Notes under the pieces: generated by a model
Seen by the model: the letters and a program-made list of their open reading frames with translations, nothing else
Told to the model about the DNA's origin: nothing
Databases searched by the model: none
Virus record (IMG/VR): IMGVR_UViG_3300049793_000366
Coordinates: 310,001 to 374,000 of that record
Reading direction: 5' to 3' (one strand)
DNA length: 64,000 nt
In this document: piece by piece, positions 55,750 through 64,000 of the stretch
Numbering within the stretch: the first letter of the stretch is position 1
Layout of the letters: every line of letters begins with the position of its first letter
Program-made: the position numbers and the translations under genes

Positions 55750-58700
55750 ATGTGGTCACAGAATATCGATACTAAGCAGTGGACTCGTCAAGAAGATACA
55801 CTACCGAAACAAGATTATGAGCTATTAAAGCAAGAATTGGAGAAGACTAGATACTACTCCAAATGTCTTCATGGTACCACATATTTACCAATAAACAGAT
55901 TAGATGATGCCTATGATATATTAGGCTATACCAATGAATCGGGATATTACGTTGGTATTGGTACATCACCATACGCTCCGGCGGTTTCTGCCGCGCCATA
56001 TGAAATCGAGATTAACAACTCGACAAATGATGCATTTACAAAGTATAAAGCTGAATATGGTCATACACTTAAAAATCTATTTACACCTGAGAAGATAATT
56101 GACGAATCCGTTAAAAATTACGTATTTGTAGATGTTGCTACAACTGATGCTATACCTGGTGGTTTAACTGGTCAAAAGATAAATTTAGTAATAGATGGTA
56201 TACGAATTAGAGAAGGTCATAGAATTTTAGTAAAAAACCAGAAAACATTCGTTGTATTAAGCAATTTTGTTGACCCTGATACATATTTTACTGGTAATTA
56301 CTACATCAATAGAACTGACGCATTAAACACAGAATACTACTATTTTGGTAGTGATAATGGTATCTATATCTACAAAGATAGAACCTTAGTTAGAGAATCT
56401 GACTTAGATACTTATGAAGATTGTATCAGATATTCAATCGCTTGTAAAATGGGTGATGTGAATGCTGATAAACAATGGCATTTATCAAGACTTAAGAATG
56501 GATTCTATCCATTATATGTTAATGGTGACTATATCGAATTTACTGAGAAACACAACTGGATATTAAGAAATAGAGTTGATTACAATAACGTATTGGATAT
56601 TAATTATTACGATATCATCAGAATACCAGCAGAAACAATGAAGATTTTAGGTTATACCTATTCTATTCCTGAGAGAAAAATTTCAGTTGGTGAGTTCGGT
56701 GTTATATTAAATGTTCAGAATAATGTTCCAAACATAATACAGAATAAATATAAAGTTAACTTAAGGTCTATCTCTAAAACTAATAACTACTATTGGGTAG
56801 TGGGTGATGAGGGAACTTTATTGAGAGTTAATAAACTTACATATGAAATTGATAAAATTTCACTTAATACATTTAATAATTTATGTTCAATTAGCTTCTT
56901 CAATAATCTTAGAGGATTTATTGTTGGTGAGTATAACACAATCTTCGAAACGATAGATGGTGGTATTTCTTGGACACCTATTGTAATTGATGAATTCGAA
57001 GGATTCAAATACAACAAGGTTATTTATTACAACTTCAATAAGGTTTATATTGGTGGTGATACTGGTATCTACTTAGAGCTTGAATTCGCTAATGGCGAGT
57101 GGTCAGTTTATAAACGTACAGTTAAGAAAATTGTTGATGATGATGACGAGTTTGATTTAGTTGATGACATCAATGACATTATACCATATACATGGGGTAC
57201 AACAAATCCTTGGTCATTAACTTGGTCAGGTAGTGCTTCATTTGGAACTATATCTACTACGAAAGAATCTATGATACTTGTTACTAATAGAGACAATATC
57301 ATTGTACACAACATCAATAACTTTATTGAACATGAGTATTTATATTTAGATTACAATCAACCAGTTGGTAAGGTTAATACTATCGCGGCTAACACTGCGT
57401 CTTTCTACTTCGCATCAATTGATGATTTATTCTATTTCAATATAAACCAATTCCAAACAGTTGGTAGTGTTTCTAATATTATATCTATGAGTGGTTCTTA
57501 TGCTACTGCATTTGGTTCTGCTATTCCTAATATTAATAAACTATATAACTTTAATAATCAATCATTGGAAATTGCTGGTGATAACTCTGAATTATTCAGT
57601 GCTACTTATTCAGCAGCTACTCAATCAATATTAACAACTGCGTTTATCGATTCATTAAAGTCTAAATTACTTTTCTTAGATTATGAAATTGCGGGTAAGC
57701 TAAACTTCTTTGATGACAATCAGATTTATAGAATACCAAACTCAATTGATATTACTGCGGCTACTACATCTATTACTATAACAGCATCTACTAATGAATA
57801 CAACTGGTTATCTTATTACAAGGACAGTTTGAAAACTTGGAGCTACTATACATATTCAGCATTATTCCAATTGGATGATACTAATAAAATAGAATTCTCT
57901 AGTACGTTTAGAAAAATTGGTTCTACTAATACATTATCATTTACATCAAGTTCAATGACAATGGATCCAGCTATCGTAGTTGATTTAGCACCTACTATTA
58001 ATAAATATAAAGTATCAAATTTCATAGTTGGTTCTGCTTCTATAACAGCACCAAGCTCACCATACACAATATATGCGTGTGATGATATATTAGTAGTAGC
58101 ATCAAATACATTAGATGCATTAGTTGGTGAGATATTACTATTAGAATCTTCTGTTGTTAAAGCTAACTTTATGGTTAATAGAATTGATATCATTTCTGGT
58201 ATAAGATATTTCTATTGCTATACTAAACTTGCTCAGAATATATTAACTGAATTAAAAGCATCAACTGATACAATTACAATTACGAATTTAAATACATTTA
58301 ACAATTTACTTATTGATTTCAGTACAAGATTCAATGACCACCCAGTTGGTGTTGGTTATGTAACAGTTGTTAAGGGTAGTTTATTAACACTATCACCAAT
58401 TTTCAATAACTTCACCGCATATTATAATATGGGTACTGAAGTTGTTATTGATGCGATACCATATAGTATGTATTATCAGGATTCATTCCTTGATTTTGGA
58501 TTCAAACCTACGTATAATTTATTAGGCTATTTAAATAATATAGACCCTATTACATTTACAGCTAGTAAAGAGTTCAAAGCATTACCAAGATATTCAAGCG
58601 TACCATTTAGTGATTTATCTGGTGGTACATCATCATTCAACGGTATTTATATCGATACGAATGTTGGTACAAATAAGATTTACTTTAGTCCAAGTCTTAA

Positions 58701-60831
58701 AAATGAATGGGAAACATTCTACAAGTGGACTTTCTTAGATGTTGATGTTAACTACTCAGCAAACCCAACAGTGAACAGCGAGAAATTATTAATTACTGAT
58801 AAGTTCTATGATGAGTCACAAGATTGGTATGTATTAGAGTTTCATAAAAAGGTTAACTACTCAACAGGTATTACTATTTCAACATTTAATGTGTTATCAA
58901 GAAATAGACTTGACCAAATATCACATGACTTAGAAGAGTTAAGTAATATTCAAAAGACCAAATCATTTAAGAATTACAATATGAAGTTCGGTCAAGATGA
59001 TACGACTACTATTCCAAATTCATGGAGCTTTAGTAATCTTCAAGGAGAGCTTAATTTTAAATTTCCTACTGATTCATATGCTTTAGCTTTTACTGCTGAC
59101 CATGATATAAAAGAATCTATTTCTGGTATCGTATATGTTGATGATAACAATCACTTAGCGTTCAATACTGTAAGATTAACTCAGCAAATTTTGGCTGATA
59201 TAAATTACTTATCACAGGATGTTAATGGATATCTTATTGTAAATACATTACAAGAACATAGACTATCTGTAATGGATGGATTCCTATTGACATTGAAACC
59301 TGCACCGGGTTCTTCTTATTATCTGAACCCGCAATATAATGGTTATCTAACTGTTAAATCAATTATTGATAAGTTCACATTTGTTGTTGACATTCTATCT
59401 GGTTCGTTTACAGTTGGTGATATCGGTACAATAGAACACTTTAAGAAAGATCCATTCTTTAATTATCAACCAGTAGATATTATTGATGTTGGTATTGATA
59501 AGAAAACAAAACGTTCAGTTGCAATTCTTCCTGAGAATGTAATCTTAGAAGGATTCAAATATAAATTAGTAAACATCGACTTAACTAAATTCAAATTTAA
59601 TTTGGTTGATGGATTGAGCTTAGAAACAATTGTGAAGAAATATTCATGGTTGCTTGAAGCTGAGATTGACAATGCAATTATTGGTGAAGATGAAAATGGA
59701 CTTGTGTGGTACATGGGTACTTGGTTCTGTGGTCGTTGGTTTGGTGGTACTTGGTACTCTGGTGAATGGCTTGGTGGTGACTGGTATGGTGGTACATGGG
59801 ATTCGACGAAGGTTGATAATAAGATACTATCAGCTAAAGTTGATACGATAGTTAAAGATAGAAAATATTCGTTATGGAAGTCTGGTCATTGGTACGCTGG
59901 TGATTGGAAAGAAGGTACTTGGTATAATGGCACTTGGTATAACGGTAATTGGTCAGATGGTGAATGGTTTAACGGTATCTGGAATGATGGTGTTTGGACT
60001 AAAGGTTCATTCATTGGTGGAACTTGGGTTGAAGGTATATGGAATGATGGTCTATTCTCATCAAGAAATAAACCGGCTTACTGGTTACATGGTAAATGGT
60101 ACGGTGGTGATTTTGAAAATGGTATTTGGTACGGTGGTACTTGGGCTCAAAATAGAGGAAAAGTATCAAGATTTGGTACGAAGCCATCTAATTCGCGACC
60201 TGCAATTTGGCATGGTGGTAAATGGTTTGCTGGTCAATTCCACTCAGTATTGAATTTAGATGAGAACGGTAAACCACAAGTTTCAGACAGACATAGTTAT
60301 TCTATATGGAATACTGGTATCTGGATGGGTGGTGATTTCTATGGTGGTAAAGCTTATAATATCGATATGCGTAACGGTAAGTGGTATGGTGGTATTATGG
60401 AAGAATTACCGATATATGGTATAGTTGCAAGTACAGCATCGACACCAGCTACGAATGCGTTCGAATTCTACGGTGAGTGGAGATTTAATAATTTAGATAC
60501 TCTTTGGATAGTAGATAACTATATAAATGGAACATCTTCATTGGGAACTACTGAAGCTCCGAAAGCTTATCAAGTTCGAGATGTTGATATTGATTATACT
60601 GTACCTGGTAAGAAAACGACAGTTTATGTATTCTATCAAGATAACACTGTTGCACTTCCTGTAACGCCTGTATTATTCAGTACCCTACCAACGGGATATA
60701 GAATCGTTTCTCACGTCTCTAAATCAAAATGGTACTCCGGTATATGGGAGAATGGAATCTTCTCGGAGAGTGAATTCTGGGGTGGTATATGGTATAATGG
60801 AGTGTTTGATAACTCCAAATGGTATACATAA
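55750..60831 (+). CDS. Large virion structural protein (tail/baseplate) with beta-propeller segments and GxW pentapeptide repeats
   Basis: IDGIRIREGHRILVKNQ..NGIY tail motif; VGDEG and TIDGGISW (BNR-like); GxWxx repeats near the C-terminus. Confidence 0.7.
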   Translation: MWSQNIDTKQWTRQEDTLPKQDYELLKQELEKTRYYSKCLHGTTYLPINRLDDAYDILGYTNESGYYVGIGTSPYAPAVSAAPYEIEINNSTNDAFTKYKAEYGHTLKNLFTPEKIIDESVKNYVFVDVATTDAIPGGLTGQKINLVIDGIRIREGHRILVKNQKTFVVLSNFVDPDTYFTGNYYINRTDALNTEYYYFGSDNGIYIYKDRTLVRESDLDTYEDCIRYSIACKMGDVNADKQWHLSRLKNGFYPLYVNGDYIEFTEKHNWILRNRVDYNNVLDINYYDIIRIPAETMKILGYTYSIPERKISVGEFGVILNVQNNVPNIIQNKYKVNLRSISKTNNYYWVVGDEGTLLRVNKLTYEIDKISLNTFNNLCSISFFNNLRGFIVGEYNTIFETIDGGISWTPIVIDEFEGFKYNKVIYYNFNKVYIGGDTGIYLELEFANGEWSVYKRTVKKIVDDDDEFDLVDDINDIIPYTWGTTNPWSLTWSGSASFGTISTTKESMILVTNRDNIIVHNINNFIEHEYLYLDYNQPVGKVNTIAANTASFYFASIDDLFYFNINQFQTVGSVSNIISMSGSYATAFGSAIPNINKLYNFNNQSLEIAGDNSELFSATYSAATQSILTTAFIDSLKSKLLFLDYEIAGKLNFFDDNQIYRIPNSIDITAATTSITITASTNEYNWLSYYKDSLKTWSYYTYSALFQLDDTNKIEFSSTFRKIGSTNTLSFTSSSMTMDPAIVVDLAPTINKYKVSNFIVGSASITAPSSPYTIYACDDILVVASNTLDALVGEILLLESSVVKANFMVNRIDIISGIRYFYCYTKLAQNILTELKASTDTITITNLNTFNNLLIDFSTRFNDHPVGVGYVTVVKGSLLTLSPIFNNFTAYYNMGTEVVIDAIPYSMYYQDSFLDFGFKPTYNLLGYLNNIDPITFTASKEFKALPRYSSVPFSDLSGGTSSFNGIYIDTNVGTNKIYFSPSLKNEWETFYKWTFLDVDVNYSANPTVNSEKLLITDKFYDESQDWYVLEFHKKVNYSTGITISTFNVLSRNRLDQISHDLEELSNIQKTKSFKNYNMKFGQDDTTTIPNSWSFSNLQGELNFKFPTDSYALAFTADHDIKESISGIVYVDDNNHLAFNTVRLTQQILADINYLSQDVNGYLIVNTLQEHRLSVMDGFLLTLKPAPGSSYYLNPQYNGYLTVKSIIDKFTFVVDILSGSFTVGDIGTIEHFKKDPFFNYQPVDIIDVGIDKKTKRSVAILPENVILEGFKYKLVNIDLTKFKFNLVDGLSLETIVKKYSWLLEAEIDNAIIGEDENGLVWYMGTWFCGRWFGGTWYSGEWLGGDWYGGTWDSTKVDNKILSAKVDTIVKDRKYSLWKSGHWYAGDWKEGTWYNGTWYNGNWSDGEWFNGIWNDGVWTKGSFIGGTWVEGIWNDGLFSSRNKPAYWLHGKWYGGDFENGIWYGGTWAQNRGKVSRFGTKPSNSRPAIWHGGKWFAGQFHSVLNLDENGKPQVSDRHSYSIWNTGIWMGGDFYGGKAYNIDMRNGKWYGGIMEELPIYGIVASTASTPATNAFEFYGEWRFNNLDTLWIVDNYINGTSSLGTTEAPKAYQVRDVDIDYTVPGKKTTVYVFYQDNTVALPVTPVLFSTLPTGYRIVSHVSKSKWYSGIWENGIFSESEFWGGIWYNGVFDNSKWYT

Positions 60832-60890
60832 GTAATATATCATGATGTTGCATGAATGAAATTTAATATCGATTATTAATATATACAAAT

Positions 60891-61307
60891 ATGAAAAACT
60901 GGAAACAATTTAACGAAGATTTAAACGAGCAACCAAATGTTGACGCTGAGAAACCATCAGAAGATGAAATTAACAGCGACCAAGAGTTTAAAGATGCTAT
61001 TGTTGAAATAGTTCAGAAGTCAGTTAATTCTACTGAGGAATCAGTTATAAGCGAGTTTATAGACTCATATTTAAAGGATCCTGAAACAACAAATATAGAA
61101 GGGTTAATTAATGACTCTGATGTTTGGGATTTCTATGTGAAATGGACATCAGAAATTGATGAAGTTTTAAATGGTATTAAATGGTTTGATGAGATTCCAT
61201 CGGAGAATAACACATATGGTGTTTATGACTATGTTGTTAAATCTACCAGACGTGCTGTTAAAGAAGCAATAAGTGATATTAAAGAAGAGAAGTCTAAGAC
61301 GCAATAG
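60891..61307 (+). CDS. Putative internal head protein (N-terminal MKNWKQFNE)
   Basis: Capsid-targeting-like N-terminus; TAATATATA 5 nt upstream. Confidence 0.55.
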   Translation: MKNWKQFNEDLNEQPNVDAEKPSEDEINSDQEFKDAIVEIVQKSVNSTEESVISEFIDSYLKDPETTNIEGLINDSDVWDFYVKWTSEIDEVLNGIKWFDEIPSENNTYGVYDYVVKSTRRAVKEAISDIKEEKSKTQ

Positions 61308-61740
61308 TTTTAATCTTTCTATCTCTAATGAATATTTCTACTGGTGCGTTCAATTGTTCCTTACTTTCTATTTCATATTCAACTATCCAAGAATCTGTAT
61401 CAATACTATTGTGTGAGTAAGTAACTTCAATCCTAGTAAACTTTAAATTAAAAAATGATGATTGTATAGTCACATCTTTTTTATCGTGTAGATTCATCGA
61501 TAAGTATTTAAGCTCTTGCACAGCATCAAAGTATAATGGATTCGAAGAATCGTTGTATATTTTCAATACAACTGATTCTGAATCTTTATGTATGTGGAAA
61601 GATACGCTATGTATTCCAGCAGAACATATGTGGATATTTACATCCTTATCATAAAGCTTCGCATCAAATAGATTACTATAAATTGGTTCATAGTTAACTA
61701 ATTGTGATGCGGCACTATTTGTGAAGAAAGGTAGTGGCAT
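61294..61740 (-). CDS. Tail-tube-like protein (divergent) with C-terminal R-motif
   Basis: MPLPFF..YEPIYSNLFD N-terminus reminiscent of gp19-like tube proteins; ends RDRKIKTIA. Confidence 0.4.
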   Translation of the reverse strand: MPLPFFTNSAASQLVNYEPIYSNLFDAKLYDKDVNIHICSAGIHSVSFHIHKDSESVVLKIYNDSSNPLYFDAVQELKYLSMNLHDKKDVTIQSSFFNLKFTRIEVTYSHNSIDTDSWIVEYEIESKEQLNAPVEIFIRDRKIKTIAS

Positions 61741-63578
61741 TATTTAAGCAATTCATTTTTACGCAAGTCTGAGTCTTTACCAAACCATATGTTTAATGAT
61801 TGTGATGATAACTCATCTCTTGTTAATAATGTCAATCGAGGGTTATTGATAATCTCTTTATACTCATCATCAACAAGAGCCGCAAGACCCTTTTTATATT
61901 TAATTTCCCATTCCTTCGTAGTCGCATTAACTAACCAGTCATTATATTCCGTTTGTGAATAGAACGGCATTTTCTTTTTAGTTTTATAATGTTGAGCAAC
62001 CACAATCGGTGTTTCAGCTTTGAATACCATTTTGTGTTCAAATAATTCTGGCCAATATTTATATAAGAAATTAACTAATAGAGCTACGATTGAATAACCA
62101 TCATAATCCTGGTCACAATAGAATAAAATTCTACCATACCTTAGCGTACCTGGTATAACCTTCTGTCCTAATTTTAATCCCAACGCACCCATTAAGTTTA
62201 CAACTTCATTATTAGCAACAAGCTTAACGTTAGTCATCTCTGTTGCGTTTACGAATTTACCGCGTAAAGAAAAGGCACCTTGGTATTGTGGGTCTCTGTA
62301 TTTTCTAAATGCTGATGATGCTGAATCACCCTCGAATAAAGCTAAACTACATTTCCATCTATCTTTAGCTTTAGCATCAATTAACTTATCTACTTTTATT
62401 TTAGATAAATTTTTATTAAGTTCTCTTGCCAATTTATTATCATCAGCCGCTTTCTTTTGTTGAATCCAATCTAAAATTAAATCTACAATTTCGGATTTTA
62501 AAATATCCTTAATCATTTTATCAGTAACTTCGAATTGATATCCGAAATCTTTTATCTCTGTGATTAATTTCTCTTTAGTCTGTGAAGAGAATGCCGGGTT
62601 GACAACCGTAGCATTTAAGAAAATAAATAAATGGTTCTTCAATTCAGATGGCTTAACATCAACTTTATGTTTCTTCTGAAAGTATTCTCTTAGCTTGGTT
62701 AATATTTGGTTTAAAACATAATCAGTATGTGTACCACCGTCATATGTATCAGTAGAGTTAACAAAACTTATTTGTCTGAATCCATCATCAGATGGAGCAA
62801 CCGCTAAAGACCATGATTTATCTTTTGTTGTTTCAAAGAAATACTTTGGTGTGTAATACTTAACGTAATCCTCAAATGTTTTAATCTGAATTAATTTATC
62901 ATTGAAATATACTTTTATACTTGGATTACAACCAGCGATATCAAGTACACGCTTATGCAACAAACGCATATGTGATTCATCTATACCATTCATACCGAAT
63001 TTTTCATAATCAGGTGTGTATGATATTTGTGTGAAATTCTTAGTTGCCTTTTTAACCTTAGGTTGAGTCCTGTCTCTCATATTATTAGAGAACGCCTGAC
63101 TGTACTGGTTCTCACCATCACAGGTATCAATGATGAATTGTTTAGAATAGATATTAGTTAATGTAGAACCTACACCATTTGTACCAGCACCAGTCCTAGA
63201 TTCATCATCATTAAAGTTTGAACCAGCTTTCAGATTTGAAAATATCATTTCTGGAATCCACTCTTTATGTTCTTTATGTTTTACTACTGGTATACCACCA
63301 TTATCCCAAATAACAATAGTACCATTATTTATTGATACTTTAATTGTATTCAATTTTGAACCAGAACGTTTGTGTTCATCGACTGAGTTTGTAATAATTT
63401 CGTCGAATACTTTTAAAAATCCTGGATTATAAGTAATTGTAGTTAGCTCCATTTTACTTTCCTTGTTAGGAAGGTATTTGTTAGCCGTGTGTGGCTTAAT
63501 AGACCCGATATACATTCCTGGTCTCTTCAATACGTGTTCTATATCATCTAACTTCTTAAATTTGCTCTCAATGCTCAT
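61740..63578 (-). CDS. Type IIA topoisomerase, ATPase/TOPRIM subunit (T4 gp39+60-like)
   Basis: HVLKRPGMYIGS, EIITNSVD, GTNGVG, EGDSA, LRGK, DQDYDG, YKKGL. Confidence 0.95.
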   Translation of the reverse strand: MSIESKFKKLDDIEHVLKRPGMYIGSIKPHTANKYLPNKESKMELTTITYNPGFLKVFDEIITNSVDEHKRSGSKLNTIKVSINNGTIVIWDNGGIPVVKHKEHKEWIPEMIFSNLKAGSNFNDDESRTGAGTNGVGSTLTNIYSKQFIIDTCDGENQYSQAFSNNMRDRTQPKVKKATKNFTQISYTPDYEKFGMNGIDESHMRLLHKRVLDIAGCNPSIKVYFNDKLIQIKTFEDYVKYYTPKYFFETTKDKSWSLAVAPSDDGFRQISFVNSTDTYDGGTHTDYVLNQILTKLREYFQKKHKVDVKPSELKNHLFIFLNATVVNPAFSSQTKEKLITEIKDFGYQFEVTDKMIKDILKSEIVDLILDWIQQKKAADDNKLARELNKNLSKIKVDKLIDAKAKDRWKCSLALFEGDSASSAFRKYRDPQYQGAFSLRGKFVNATEMTNVKLVANNEVVNLMGALGLKLGQKVIPGTLRYGRILFYCDQDYDGYSIVALLVNFLYKYWPELFEHKMVFKAETPIVVAQHYKTKKKMPFYSQTEYNDWLVNATTKEWEIKYKKGLAALVDDEYKEIINNPRLTLLTRDELSSQSLNIWFGKDSDLRKNELLK

Positions 63579-63697
63579 ATAATTGGTGAAGTGTCTTTTT
63601 TATTATATATGCCATTACGCATTTTACCTTTCTAAACTTTTGTCGGGAAAGGGAATAAAAGTGTAAAAGTTATATTTTTAAAAAATAAAAAGTTTGA

Positions 63698-64000
63698 ATG
63701 TTAGAATCCAAGAGTATTTCACAGTTTTTAGCGGATGAGTATAAAGAGTTTTCTCTCTACACAATAGAATCGAGAGCTATTCCATCAGTAATTGATGGAT
63801 TTAAACCAACGCAAAGAAAAATCATACACGTATCAAGTGGTATATGGAAAACCGGATCTGAGAAGACCCTTAAAGTGTTTCAATTAGCCGGTAAAGTAGC
63901 CTCAGATGCATTCTATCATCACGGTAATGCTTCACTTGAGAGTTCAATAATAACAATGGCTCAGAAGTTTAAAAACAATATGCCATTATTAGAAGAAGAC
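63698..64000 (+). CDS. Type IIA topoisomerase, breakage-reunion subunit (T4 gp52-like), 5' part only
   Basis: Translated by hand: MLESKSISQFLADEYKEFSLYTIESRAIPSVIDGFKPTQRK...YHHG; runs off the window. Confidence 0.9.
   Translation, partial: MLESKSISQFLADEYKEFSLYTIESRAIPSVIDGFKPTQRKIIHVSSGIWKTGSEKTLKVFQLAGKVASDAFYHHGNASLESSIITMAQKFKNNMPLLEED

Noticed and set aside
59654-60253. Alternative-frame MV-rich ORFs
   Set aside because: Shadows of the GxW pentapeptide repeats in the 1693-aa gene
1-64000. Alternative genetic code (TAG or TGA recoding, as in Lak/crAss-like phages)
   Set aside because: Long genes are intact under code 11, TAG ends several genes, and no well-formed suppressor tRNA was found
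1-64000. Bacterial chromosome segment (aaRS, dnaJ, grpE, cysK, glnII present)
   Set aside because: UvsX-type recombinase, T4-like topoisomerase, homing endonucleases, a virion protein, truncated synthetases and dense small hypothetical genes indicate a large phage

Overview
AT-rich, gene-dense segment of what is most likely a large (jumbo-type, T4-superfamily-like) bacteriophage infecting a Bacteroidota host. Support: TAnnTTTG promoters, A-rich leaders without Shine-Dalgarno sequences, UvsX/RecA, split type II topoisomerase, a sliding-clamp-like protein, PhoH, homing endonucleases and a 1693-aa virion protein. The window carries a translation module (about 21 tRNA genes plus several tRNA-like and structured RNAs, ThrRS, AsnRS, a reduced ArgRS, Pth2), chaperones (DnaJ, GrpE), auxiliary metabolic genes (cysteine synthase, glutamine synthetase II, MazG-like), a MoxR AAA+/VWA pair and many hypothetical genes. 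The strongest new signal is an unannotated 43-codon leader ORF (9889-10020) with a terminator/antiterminator pair directly before the tRNA array. Its first 26 codons use almost only the amino acids whose tRNAs lie downstream, which suggests a tRNA-depletion-sensing attenuator. ThrRS, and possibly AsnRS, appear to be entered by frameshifting at a cognate hungry codon. Other highlights: tRNAs with swapped or missing arms, a shared C-terminal RxxK[IL][DN]x[IL][IL] motif on more than 20 unrelated proteins, an N-terminal capsid-targeting-like motif coupled to a TAATATATA promoter, and a threefold-symmetric structured RNA. All calls come from reading the sequence by eye; no searches were run.
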